Assembly (NCBI RefSeq): GCF_006345805.1
Contig: NC_042997.1
Location: 22,010,001-22,074,000, forward strand
Length of the DNA stretch: 64,000 nucleotides
Origin: Octopus sinensis
Taxonomy: Eukaryota
Direction: 5' to 3'
The notes below the pieces were generated by a model, which saw only the letters and a list, made by a program, of their open reading frames with translations, was not told the DNA's origin and did not search any database. This document shows, piece by piece, positions 25,600 through 38,849 of this stretch. Made by a program: the position numbers and the translations under genes. The stretch's first letter is position 1. Each line of letters begins with the position of its first letter.

Positions 25600-26160
25600 T
25601 AAGCCGAAGAAAATTTAGGTAATTTGACAGGAAAGACCTACGTGGAAAGAAATATACTCTTTTCAAGGGACCATGCACTAGATTCTGTTGCGTACCTTCA
25701 CAACTGTGTCTCCGAAAGTTTCTTGAGGATTGAAAAGTCTGAGAATTGAGTTTGAGACGCTGGTAATTTAGTCAACCTGGGACACAAAACAGTCCACTAT
25801 ACTTGCCTCATCACATCCTTGGTATATTCATCTGGAGCATGGACTGATCTCGAACACATACCCGAGAGATTTCACCAGATATTTTTAAGGCATTAGAAAC
25901 TTCTTAAACTTGACATGGAAACGCTAGGGAAAACGGGCTGTCTCAGAATGAAAAGTCACCTCATGAAGTACCATATGCGATGGGTGGGTCAGGTCATCCG
26001 CCTAAATGAGTATAGGCTTCATAACTGATTAATTTAAAAGCAATTAGTTCTCGGTAAGCGTTCCAATCACAAACCAAACACGAGATTTTGTGGCATCACA
26101 TAAACAGCCTTAACTCTTTGAACATCAACACTCTTCATTAGGAACATTTTGCACTAAACT
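25600..26160 (+). mobile_element. Decayed RTE-like LINE fragment
   Basis: CLITSLVYSSGAWT, ERFHQ and KYHMRWVGQVIRLNEYRL..GKRS match the RTE thumb/C-terminal pattern. Confidence 0.55.
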
Positions 26161-26717
26161 GATCTGAAAAGCGGTCTATAATTAAAGATAATTAAGGATA
26201 ATAATCTTCAAATTGATACAGTTGATTTACTCATCACATAGTGAAGCGTAATGCCCAAAAACTGCAAGATTTTGAAATTCTGCGTGGTAGAGAGTTCATA
26301 CGTAATCTCACCTACGCAGTCTCGGTGATCGCATCACCTTTTCAAATAAGAGACTTGTCATCTATGAGAGATTATCTGTCAGAAGGTTAACACAGCGTGC
26401 TTGCTTATATGCATAGCATACAGCTCCAACTGTACCAACGTTGCTCATGTAATAGCAGGGATTGGAAGTCCACTTTCGACAGATGCACAGGCGCGGAGCT
26501 GTTGTAGGTGTGTTTCATGACAATATTATAAGCTTTATTTGTCAGAAAAGAAAGCTTAAAGCAAAATCAGGACTAGACAGTCACCTGAAGGTTGATAGTA
26601 GTAGAAATGCTATCCAACCTGTTATAAGCATATGTCAGAATATGTCAGTAACGAGAGAGTGGCCATGCACGACAGTGTGTTCACGATATGCACATACGAT
26701 CACATATATACATATAC

Positions 26718-26763
<46 letters not shown>

Positions 26764-26809
26764 ACACACACACAAACAGACCCCACTTTTACGCATACAG
26801 ACGTGTGTG

Positions 26810-26856
<47 letters not shown>

Positions 26857-27248
26857 TCACAGATAACTCACAAAACATATGCGCAACACACATGGGTGTG
26901 TAACTAAATTTCTGCGTGAATGGGCGTCTACGGATATCAGCGTGTGCATATGTGAATCTGTGTGTGTGTGTGTGTGTGTGTGTTTGCGCGCTTTTGTGTA
27001 TGTGTGTGTGCGCATGTGTGTGGTGCGATATTTTGCTTTTAAGTGTGTTGTATACAGCAGAATGTGCATCCACCAGAAAAAAACAGCGTGAAACATGCGT
27101 TGAGATTTAAAAGTAGAATTACTAAATATAAATATAATCACTAAACACACATGCGTAAATATCCATGCTTGCTTGTGAATATGTATACACTTGCGAGCTC
27201 GCATATATATATATATTTGTGTATGTACGTAGATAAGTACGTAGGTAT

Positions 27249-27282
<34 letters not shown>

Positions 27283-27283
<1 letters not shown>

Positions 27284-27544
27284 ATTTCACCGTGGAAGGT
27301 GTTTATAAACCATTTAAAAAAAGACACAAAAGCCGCTAGATTTACTTCAACATTTAAATTTAATTTGTCGAATTGTTTTCGTCTCTTTGAAACCGCGACC
27401 TGTTCACGGAATTTTGTCAGTGAACAGGTCGGGGTTTCAAAGCGACGAAAATATTTTGACAAATGAAATTTAAATGTTGAAGTGAATCTAACGGTTTTTG
27501 TGTGTGTTTTTAAATGGCTTATAAACACCTTCCACGCTGAAATT
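27283..27544. repeat. 262-bp palindrome (125-bp arms, 12-nt loop 27408-27419) next to (TA)n, family P4
   Basis: aatttcaccgtggaagg..gacctgttcac / gtgaacaggtc..ccttccacgctgaaatt are reverse complements with mismatches. Confidence 0.9.
27413..27463 (+). ncRNA. Putative hammerhead-like motif with G3-C8 covariation
   Basis: tttgtca-GUGAACA-g-gtcg gggtttcaaag cgac-GAAA-atat-UU-tgacaaa: 7-bp stem I, 4-bp stem II, palindromic stem III. Non-canonical core and UUU triplet. Confidence 0.35.
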
Positions 27545-27617
27545 GTTTTTGTTTCAACACACGATCTCAGATCAGGTCACTTGCTATGCAAGTACATCGC
27601 TGTAATATATATCTTTA

Positions 27618-27985
27618 GGCGCAGGAGTGGCTGTGTGGTAAGAAGCTTGCCCTCAACCACATTGTTCCAGGTTCTGTCCCACTGTATGGCACCTAGGGCA
27701 AATGTCTTCTACATTAGCTTCCGACCGACCAAAGCCTTGTAAGTGGATTCGGAAGACAGAAACTAAAAGAAGCCCGTCGTATATGTGGGTGTGTGTGTAT
27801 TTGTGTGTCTGTTGGAGTGTTTGCATTCCCATAACTTAGCGGTTCGGCGATGGGGTTCCGATACAATAAATACTAGGCTTACAAAAAATAAGTCCTGGGG
27901 TCGATTTGTTCGACAAAAGGCGGCGCTCCAGCACGGCCACAATCACATGACTGAAACAAATAAAAGAATGAAAGAATAAAAGAAA
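27618..27985 (+). mobile_element. Full-length SINE family A
   Basis: ggcgcaggagtggctgtgtggtaagaagc head through gactgaaacaaataaaagaatgaaagaat tail. Confidence 0.85.
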
Positions 27986-28112
27986 ATACAGAGAGAGAAC
28001 ATACAGACAGACTGACAGGCAGACAGGCAAACAAAAATCTCATTCTAAACTCTTCGAACGCAGATGTATTGAGAACTTTACGTTTCTGCACCACAGAATA
28101 AACATGTGTGGT

Positions 28113-28134
28113 GTGTATATATATATATATATAT

Positions 28135-28197
<63 letters not shown>

Positions 28198-28224
28198 TAT
28201 ATATGTATATATAGTATATATATA

Positions 28225-28322
<98 letters not shown>

Positions 28323-28465
28323 TATTATATAATATATATATATATAGAATTATAAAATTATAGGTATATATATATATATATCTATATATACATATATATA
28401 TATATGTATACATATCTGTATGCATATATGTAATATATGTGTATATATATATGTGTAGTGCATAT

Positions 28466-28515
<50 letters not shown>

Positions 28516-28545
28516 TATATATATATGCACATATATATATATAAT
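28113..28545. repeat. Long imperfect (TA)n
   Basis: Direct reading. Confidence 0.95.
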
Positions 28546-28958
28546 ATAGCGAGCACTCAAGTATTTTTACATGGTCTGTGTTAGATGGAAGTCTGTTTAG
28601 ATATAAATAAATATAACATCAACATCGTTCTTGTTGCGACTATCTGATCGGTTAAGTAAGTTCCTGCTACACTGGCTGCTTTTACGTAGCATTGTGTAAC
28701 AACAGTCAACAACACTTAGAGGTATGTAACACCTGAAAGATGATAGCAGCATGAATAAATATATTATTACACTGCATGATAAGATAAGATGCGTCTGTTG
28801 ACTTTCTGTCTTCCTTCTTCTCTGTTTTCCTCTTCCGGAAGGAAATTTCTGGAAGGAATATATTTCAGTATTACATTTTTGTTAGGCGGCTTCTTTTACT
28901 GTTCTTTTTTCTTATGCTGTTTCTGAATTATTGTTCGTAATGTATTTTCTCTCTCTCC

Positions 28959-28996
<38 letters not shown>

Positions 28997-29290
28997 GGGA
29001 GGGGAGAAGGAGTGGGGCTTGGTATTGTTTTTACTTGCGTTAATTTGTTTGCCTCTTCCCTTCCGTATATATATGTATATATATATATATATACATATAT
29101 AAAGAGAGTTATATATATGCTCATATGTTTGTACATATATATAATTATACACTTACATACAAATATACATATACATGTATATAATTATATATACGCACAC
29201 ACACACTCAGGCACGCACGCAACACACATCCAACACGTGTTTTGTGTACTCGTTTGAACTATGGCCTTACCAACTCTATACTTCATACTC

Positions 29291-29324
<34 letters not shown>

Positions 29325-29716
29325 TGTATGTATGTATGTATGTATGTATGTATGTATGTATGTATGTATGTATGTATGTATGTATGAATGCCTGCAAATA
29401 TACACGTAATTATGTATTTATTTTACATACACACATCTCAATGAAGCATAATTGAATCTACTGTTATTGTGATTCTGTAAAACCTAATACATATTTATAT
29501 TCTGATATATATATACTACAATACATTGAATACATTTATACACTACAATACATTGAAGCATAGGGTACCATTGTATCTCGCATATGATGTGTTCATATTT
29601 AATATAGCGTGCACCCACTCATAGAATACACATGCACGCACAGGCACACACACACGTAAACATTCATACATATACATAATATATTTATCTACATGTGTGT
29701 ATATATTTTACGTACA

Positions 29717-29784
<68 letters not shown>

Positions 29785-29807
29785 TATATATACGTATTTA
29801 AGGTATG

Positions 29808-29808
29808 T

Positions 29809-29866
<58 letters not shown>

Positions 29867-29867
29867 T

Positions 29868-29910
<43 letters not shown>

Positions 29911-29911
29911 T

Positions 29912-29948
<37 letters not shown>

Positions 29949-29975
29949 TTAGATAGATAGATAGATAGATAGATT

Positions 29976-30047
<72 letters not shown>

Positions 30048-30050
30048 TAG
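29808..30050. repeat. (GATA)n microsatellite
   Basis: Direct reading. Confidence 0.95.
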
Positions 30051-31289
30051 ATATATGTATGGATGTATATATGTATCTATTTATATGCACAAAGATACAC
30101 ACATGTACATTTGCAAGATTTCACAAATTTTCGTTAATGCTTTTAACATAGAATGTTAAAAACATTTGCTGTAAGCATATAAGAACGCAAGTATATAAAT
30201 ACTTGTTTCCTGATTTCTGTTGATACAAAGAGAGTTTCCCGTCTACTTCGAAATGTCGGACGCAGTATCTATCATTGAGTCCGAAACACCAATGTCTGAC
30301 AATCTGCTGATATCATTTAGTGTATGAGTAATATTTGCACACAAAGTCTATCAGAAGATACCATTATGTCATTCTCTGAAGCAATTAAACAGCGAAAACC
30401 ATTCCCACGTTCGTGTCAACAGGATCAATTTACGATTGTCACTGTTTTGCGTCTGCATATTTACTTAGCCTTAGCTTCGCAAGACTTCGCACTCATCAGA
30501 AAATACATTGTTTGCTGATTAAGTAGTATAGGACAGAATTTCCTGTCTAGCTCCAAATGGCAGATGCAATATCTATGACTGATAGCAGCAAATCATGCCG
30601 AAACGCCAGTGTCTGATAGTCCATTGACACCCTTAGGGTAAGTATGGTATTTACATACATATTCCATAGGGAGAAGTTTTTCGTCGAATCACATTCTAAT
30701 AACGAAGGCCAATTTTACGTTCCTGTATACAAGAACGAGTTATGAAGGGATATACACATCATTGATTTCATTCGTGCTCTTTTGCGTGGGGATAATAATA
30801 TATATTGTACGCGTAGGTGTGTGTACCAATGTATGTACATTTGTATGTATGCGCTTGAGTCTGTATTATGTACACAAGATAATCTACCTCTGCGCAGGCA
30901 TGTGTGTGTGTAGATAAACATGCACTCTTGTTGTGTGTGTGCAGGCCACTTTACATGCAAATATATGTACTTCATTCCAGTTGCGATTGTGTGTATGTGT
31001 TCCGTCCAATTGGAGAACCAAATGGAGAACTAAACGGATGAATTTCTGGATTGTTTTTTATTTGGAGAATTACGAATCAGTTTGCTATGTTTTATTTTGA
31101 AGAACACTAGCATATCACAACTCGGGGAATCTATGATAATGTGTACAAACGACAATCTATAGCTTCTGTATAAAAACTCCAAGGTTCCTGTTAGTTTTCC
31201 TTAGATGTTTTTCTTTCCCTTTTCTATTTCTCAAACGTTTGACGTAATATTTACGTACACAGCGTAGCTGATCTCAACAACTTTGAATG

Positions 31290-31660
31290 ACTGTTGTTCC
31301 TTGTCCCATTGTTTAATATCTGGTCAATTTTAATTTCATTAGCTTTTGTTTTTATGAGTAATGCTTCACCAATATTCTTTACTTATAAAAGTGTTGTTAA
31401 TTCCTATTTTTGCTATGCTAGTATATATGGTTTTAGCAACAATACTGTCTCTGATGGTGGCACAGTATTTTGCGGATAATTTCTGAAAGCTGATGATGTG
31501 GTTGATATCTTTCAAGCTGTCATGGCACAATTGACATTTTCTACCGCAACATAGAAATTCAAGGCATCCTTATCTCAATTGCCGATTAGATATTTTATCG
31601 CTATTTTCTGATCTTGGATGGCAAAGTCATGGCCTTCAAGATGAATTGTGATGTACCGAA
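31290..31660 (-). mobile_element. R4-clade family II fragment (zinc-knuckle region)
   Basis: Minus strand FAIQDQKIAIKYLI and CHDSLKDINHIISFQKLSAKY..IVAKTIY resemble ORF 55827..56081. Confidence 0.6.
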
Positions 31661-31790
31661 TCACAGGTCCTGGAGAAACTACTATTCCTCTCAATGTATT
31701 TATACATATGTACATATATAAATACCTTTTACATGTATATTTGTGGGGGTGCGTATGAATATATATATATATATATATATATATAATAGT

Positions 31791-32050
31791 AATAAATAAA
31801 TGCGTCCATTTAAAGCCTAGCCTGGTTCATGGGCCCAATTTCCCGGTTTCAATGGCGTATGTGTTCCCCAGCTGGACGGGACGCCAGTCCATCGCAGTGT
31901 TACTCATTTTTTCCAGCTGAGTGGACTGGGGCAACGTGAAATGAAGTGTTTTGCTCAAGAACACAACGCGTCGCCCGGTTCAAGAATCGAAACCACAATC
32001 TTACGATCATGATGCTGACACACCCTAACCATTAAGCCATGGCGCCTCCA
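31791..32050 (-). mobile_element. tRNA-derived SINE family C
   Basis: Reverse complement of 33101-33357. Confidence 0.85.
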
Positions 32051-32111
32051 CACACACACCACACACCACACACCACACACACACACACACACAACACAAC
32101 ACCACACACAC

Positions 32112-32154
<43 letters not shown>

Positions 32155-32858
32155 TATACATGTTTGTATACGCACATTATGAATATGCGTATTTACGAAT
32201 TTGCTTATTTAAGAGTGCTAGCCACCCACAGTATTACATTAAAGACCACAAATCTCATTTTTTTTCAATCCTAATGCAAGCTGTTTATTCTTTCTAGAAG
32301 TGAGACGTGGGTAGTAAGTGCATCCTCGTCACTGTCACTTCTGAAATATCAAGGATCACAGAGTTAATCCACTCGAACTACAACGCCACTATCAACAGTT
32401 GGTTTTGCGGTAAGCAAACTTCAGTTTACCTAGGTTTTTATATCGTGGGTCTTTAACTATGCATATCAAGATATTTACTCCTGAAATCTCTGAATTTTCT
32501 GACGTAATTCACTAGGAATATCCTAGAGGACTGAAGAAATGATGTTCTGTATTCGGCACCTGCGTTACGAGTTATGACATCACAGATGTTGTAAGATTAT
32601 TTATCTTAAATCCCAACAAGAAGTGCATATCTCGCTACAGCTCAGACTTGTACAAGTACAGCAGCTTGAAAATTTATATAAATGAATCGAAGGGTATGGT
32701 TAGAATTAGAAAAAAAAATTTAGAATCTTCACCATCAATATAGGAGCACTCAACTTTTTGAACATTTCATTAAACGTCAAGCCAGACAAATACTACCTGT
32801 ATAGAAACTTGATGAGGAGGTCATATATACATAGCATACATACATACTATATAGTATA

Positions 32859-32905
<47 letters not shown>

Positions 32906-32928
32906 AATATATATATATATATACATAC

Positions 32929-32986
<58 letters not shown>

Positions 32987-33013
32987 ATATATATATGTAT
33001 GTGTATATATATA

Positions 33014-33091
<78 letters not shown>

Positions 33092-33100
33092 TATATATAG

Positions 33101-33357
33101 TGGAGGCGCGTAGCTTAGTTGTTAGGGTGTCAGCACCATGATCGTAAGATTGTGGTTTCGGTTCCTGGACGGGCGACGCGTTGTGTTCTTGAGCAAAACA
33201 CTCCATTTGAAGTTACTCCAGTGCACTCAGCTGGCAAAAAATGAGTAACGTTGCGATGGACTGGCGTCCCGTCCAGCTGGGGAACACATGCGCCATAGAA
33301 ACCGGGAAACCGGGCCCATGAGCCTGGCTAGGCTTTAAAAGGGCGGATTTATTTATT
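33101..33357 (+). mobile_element. tRNA-derived SINE family C
   Basis: tggaggcgcgtagcttagttgttagggtg..ggtttcggttcctgg (A/B boxes), tail ggctttaaaagggc..atttatt. Confidence 0.85.
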
Positions 33358-34521
33358 TTGTTATATATATATATATATATATTCGCGCGCACATGCACAT
33401 CAGTCATAATTAGATACTAAGTAGCCTATATCAGTAGATGACTATCCCAATATCCATTCTACCGTCACAAAGAGATATCTTCGACAGCGTAATATAGCAA
33501 GGCGTTAGCGTAGAGTTGCGTTAATGAGAAGTTAGTGCACCTGAAGGACCTACCTCTAGTTCCCGAAGAATGTTAAGAAGTGTAAAATAACCGGTTCAGA
33601 CCGCTGTTCGACCTAGATATCGTCACGAGCATATCCAGGTATGTTCTATCTCTAAGTAGGAAACATTCTCTAAGCATATAAATATTGTAAGTTCTTTAAC
33701 ACTCGTAATGTTAAGATAAATTACTCTTTACTGAACAACATCTCTTCCAGCATCGCATATCCTAACAGAAAAAAGTATATACCTGACAGGTTTCAACCTA
33801 AGCATTCATCTGCAGCTTCCGTAATCGATTCATCTGTCCACTGAGAGAGCTCTTCCTTTCTGATAGAATCCCGAAGAACTACACGGGCCTTACAACCAAT
33901 GATTTCAGGGAAAGATTATCTCAGCATAAGCAGAGACAGCGAAAATCAACTCCTTATCTCATTTCATTTGAAGGTTTAGCTATCAAGGAAACACTCTACC
34001 CTGTATCTCTTAAAAGAAACCTTAACCTGTTATTTTGCTGCAACCAATAGAGCATTTTGTGTTGGTTAATGGTGATGGTGATGGTCATCGTTATTGTCAT
34101 GGTCTTTGTGACAGTTATTAGACAAGAACCAAAGGGTCACAAAACCGTATGCTACTAGATTGGTCCTATAGTTCTTAAATGTAGAACTATAAACCATCAT
34201 CACAGGAATTGGATGGGAATAACAAAATCTATTACATAAAAGAACACTTTATGTAATCGAACCTCGTCCTATGCTGGTAATGAGTATGTGACCTCGGACT
34301 ATGTTATAAATCAGTACTCCAATAGTCTTGTGCTAGCCCAGGTACACTGGTTATACTTCAATTGAATTCTAGGCATGCTAGCTTTCTTTTCTTCTTTAAT
34401 ATGAGTTATCTCTACGGTTTTGTACAATAGTAGCTTCTCTGAAACTCAAAGTTCACGATGCTGAGTTGCTTCAAATGTTTTCTCCCTCCCTTTTTTTATT
34501 GGGTTGGTGCTATCCTTAAAA

Positions 34522-35090
34522 TATTGGGTTTCCGGAAAGTTCGTGCCGATTTATAGTAGCTTACCTTTCGACTTATTTTAGAATATGGTTGAGTCCATAA
34601 AATAGGATTTGACTACACCTCCATTTAGAGCACAGTTGAAGCTATCTTTTCGCGGAAGAAGGTTTATGTTCCTATAACCTGTGTTAATTCTGTAACCCTT
34701 TAACATGGAAGATAAGAAAGTTCATTTTCGGCACTTGATGCTTTGGAAACTAGATGAAAATTGCTGCAGCTCGGCTGGGATGTGTTACTCCATCCTCCAT
34801 ATTCACCAGATATTGCTCCTTCGGATTTCCACTTATTTAGGTCTCTGCAGAATAGTCTTAATGGTAAAAATTTCAATTCCTTGGATGACGTAAAAATATA
34901 CCTTGATGAAATCTTTGCCATGAAACCACTTCAATTCTGGGAAGAGGGTATTTTCAAGTTAAAGGAAAGAAGGAGACGCATTGTGCAACAAAATGGTTCA
35001 TACTTGGTTGATTAAAAATGTAATGTCAAGTATTTATTGACCCTTTTCTTTCCTTTAAAAATTGGCACGAACTTTCCGGACAACCCAATA
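34522..35090 (+). mobile_element. Non-autonomous mariner (DD34D) deletion derivative, 569 bp
   Basis: TIRs TAttgggtt(g)tccggaaagttcgtgcc at both ends. N-terminus MEDKKVHFRHLMLW fused to C-terminus LGWDVLLHPPYSPDIAPSDFHLFRSL..QNGSY. Confidence 0.9.
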
Positions 35091-36944
35091 TTACAGTTGC
35101 AAACCGTACAGTTTTCCGTATCTTTTCAGTTCTTTATTTTGTTTTAAATAAAATGCCACCACTACTACTTTTTTGTGATCCCTGTTCTTCCCATTCTTAA
35201 AAGGTTAATTTATTTCGTTTTAGTCATATATTTAGTTAAACGTTTATATTTATCTACGGCGTGCATGTTGTCTGACAGGATTGAAATGTCATTCAAAACG
35301 GTTGTTATGGTGTTTGATAAAAATAGATATTGTTGCTTTTATTTTCTGTCAATATCAACATAATGATCCGAACTTTGGTCATTTTTTCCCCAGAAAATGT
35401 ATTGCTATCTTGCATTGTCCTAATTGTTTTGCATATTCAGTGTTAGCAGTGACCAATTTAATCGATTATATCTTTATAGTCATTTCATATTCCGTTTCAT
35501 TGCAATTGCTGCAGGGAGGGTTTTGATTATGCTCAGATCAACAGCTCCTTGTTGTCATTTTTATGCTCTCATGTTTATAAATGTTGAATCTTTTTACTTG
35601 ATCCGCCACTTTTCTCTATGTAGGGGTTTGTCATTTCAATGTTCAAACGATCCATTTTGAGCATTTTCAGCTTTTTATCCTTTGTATTATTTCTTTTTAT
35701 CATTTGTAACTGTTCTTCCCCTCCAATATAGAATGCTGCTTTAACTTTTCTTTTATGTATTCTTGTCGCTTTCAAGATGACAAATAGTTTGATTGTTTTT
35801 TAGCTTTATTTGATTTTCGGTTTTCTTTTTTATTTTTGTTTTACGTCCTCAAATCATTTACATTATATTTTCTTTATTGTATATTTGGTATTGGTTGGAT
35901 TTTTCTTTTTTACTAGTTATCTTCAGTTACAAATTAGAAAAGTCTATTATCCTTTGTGTTCAAGGTAAATAGTATTTGATGCAGGTTGTACATTCTAAAT
36001 GCTGTTATTATTTTACTAGGTTCTTTAATTAAAACAGCAAAAGCATAACTATTATTTTACTTTCGGCATTTTTTCTTTTACTTTGATTTCTAAAGAAACA
36101 AGTCTATGGTAATTCTTCCCAAGCTATTGTCCTCGTTTGTTTTATTCCATTCAGCTCTACTCCAACGTATCATTTTACTTTCACTATCTACCTAATTGAT
36201 TCCTCGATCATTATAGTACTTTCTTTCGTCTAAACCTCTTATCATTTTATCTTCAGCTGTTATAATATTGATTTTATTTAGTTCTCAGTTCTCCTCTCCC
36301 GAAGATGGCCTTGAAACGTTACTCCATAATAATATACCAACTTAATCTTTGCAGAGTCTAGTAATGTTTATTAACTACTTTTTTTCTTTTTTAGTAATCT
36401 CTCATGTACAACTGGAGGTTATGCATAAGTAGAAAATTTCTTTTTATATCATTGCAGGACACCTATATATGCACTCTACGTAGTTCATCATTTTGATGAC
36501 AATGATATTTTTATAATAAAATTTATTTATAAATCACAAGAATTAACAACTAAAGTCGAGAGACAAACAGACAAAGACAGAGATATGTAGATAATGGTGT
36601 GTGATTTATCTAGAATCGTCTATTGGAAAGGTATCTTATCAGCTCGAAGTATAAAACAATAAGTCTAATAGAGGCGAATAAGCATGAATAATTATATGTT
36701 AACATCAAATGCAAATAGAATTATTTTCGTATTAGGCAAATAGATATAGACATACTCAGAAATATGAATGTGTGCGTGTATAATATAGATGAACATATAC
36801 TCAGAAATATGAATGTGTGCGTGTATAATATAGATACACACAAACATATACACAAATACACACACCTAACACATTCTCGCACACACATGCATTGTGTTTT
36901 TACTATAACAATAAAAGCATAACTATTATTTTACCTTCTACTAT

Positions 36945-37140
36945 AGGCACAAGGCATGAAATCTTGGGAAAAGGGCCTGGTCGATTGGAGTGACTCCAGT
37001 GCTCAACTGGTACTTATTTTATCGGCCCTCGAAAGTGGATAAAAGACAAAGTCGACTTCAGCGGAATTTAAACCAAGAACGTAAAGCCAGAAAAGCGTTT
37101 TTCGCGAACGCGCTAACGATTCTGCGTGCTAAGCTCGCCA
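36945..37140 (-). mobile_element. SINE family B, diverged
   Basis: ggcacaaggc..ctggtacttattttatcgg..gtcgacttcagcggaattt. Confidence 0.65.
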
Positions 37141-37832
37141 CATTCGTGCATATTGATTTTGAGGTAATAATTTATTTTCTTTTGAAAAATTAGCATTAAT
37201 TGCATCATTTCGTATAAGTAAGCATCATGAAAGTAGAAGGAAGTTAAGTCATAATTATTGTATGTTTGCCATTTTTTAGTACTACTTTTAGTGGCAAAAT
37301 TACACTTCCAAAGTGGTCCATTATGTGACGGATAGCACTCTAGTATATCGGCGTATATCCCTGCATATCGGAAATAGAGCACTCTAAAATGCAGAATGCT
37401 ATGTAGCACCCTCTAGTTAATATCACTCTGCAGTGTCAGCGTAATCGGTGTATATTTGCGGAAGATAAATATCAGCGAAAAAAACGAAAAACCAAAGGTG
37501 TACGAACGAAATCCCTTTGGATATGTTTTCTGCACAGGGTTACAAACACTCGCTCGCAAGTCCCATTGTGAGAGATACAGAAAGGCAGTAATTGACTCGT
37601 GACAAACATGTAACCAACAGTGATGTTATTCACCAGTTACGGTATAAAAGAAACAAAAAGGTGAAATATGCATTCAGATTATCTTTTGATACGAAACGTT
37701 GCAGAGGTTTGTGTGATTGTTGTGTGTGTGAGAGAGAGAGGGGGAGCGTGTGTGAGAGAGAGATTGTGTGTGTGAGACAGAGAGAGAGAAAGAGAGAGGG
37801 TGGAAGAGAGAGTATGTGTGAGAGAGCGAGAC

Positions 37833-37863
<31 letters not shown>

Positions 37864-37906
37864 TGTGTGTATGTGTGTGTGTGTGTGTATGTGAGGGTGT
37901 GCGTGC

Positions 37907-37974
<68 letters not shown>

Positions 37975-38849
37975 CGAACTACAAAAAATATTCTGCATTG
38001 CTGTATTTTACGAATTAATATTATTTATTATTATTTCTCGCTGTTTTTCTATATATTTCATCCTTAATTTCATTAGCATTCTTTTTATTTATTTATTCTT
38101 TAGTCAGGAGAGACAGCAGTGCCTATGAACCTTCACAGAGCCTCCGGGATCAGTGAAAGGAAGAGGGGAAGATATCCTCAAAGAAGAGACCTGACCCGAA
38201 TGCTTACAACAAACTGAAATCGCTGAAGACACCCAAGGTTAGACCGGGTGACGGCTTGAATTTACCATCCTAATAAGCCACGACAGGGTCAGAATTCGAA
38301 CCGAAAAGAACTGGTACAAATCTTGCAAGTCTTCCTTTACGGTTCCCGTCAATTCATCGCCTCCTATTTAATTCATATTATATCGACCCCGAAGGGATGA
38401 AAGGTAACGTAGACCTCGGGTGGGACTTGAACTCAGAGTATCGAGTGCTAAAACATACCGAAAGGCATTGCATCCAACACTAATGATTCTATCAGCTCGA
38501 GACGACTTCCACAGATTTATTTTTATGATCACTGTATATTGAAATACTTAATTTCCATAATGTTAATTTATCTTGTTTGATTAGCCATGAATTACTTTGA
38601 AGTAATGTTTTTAAAGAGCTATATGATAGATGTTCTAAATAGCTAATTAATAGTAGTGATATCCATAACTTCCTACGATTCTCTTGCGTTCGTTATTGTA
38701 CAATTTCAGTAGTGATATACTCATGACATGTTTTTTAAGGGGTGAGCCTTCTGTTTTTCCGTTTAGAATATCTGTTTTATTTTATTTTCCCTTATACTCC
38801 TTAATATTTTAAGAGTATTCTCTCATTACTTTGTATTCATATATTTATC

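Noticed and set aside
33101-33180. tRNA genes at SINE heads (also 47367, 27618, 10700, 58123)
   Set aside because: A/B-box-like motifs are present, but they continue into shared SINE bodies and lack a complete cloverleaf.
33600-33640. 39-nt open micro-exon before CAG|gtatgt
   Set aside because: No polypyrimidine tract and no partner exons.
36295-36325. Further hammerhead-like fragments (also ~15890, ~37690, ~54080, ~63430)
   Set aside because: Only GAAACG or CUGAAGA half-motifs, without a consistent core plus stems.
38104-38240. Strong acceptor followed by an exon-like purine-rich stretch
   Set aside because: All three frames contain stops. More likely a LINE 3' remnant.
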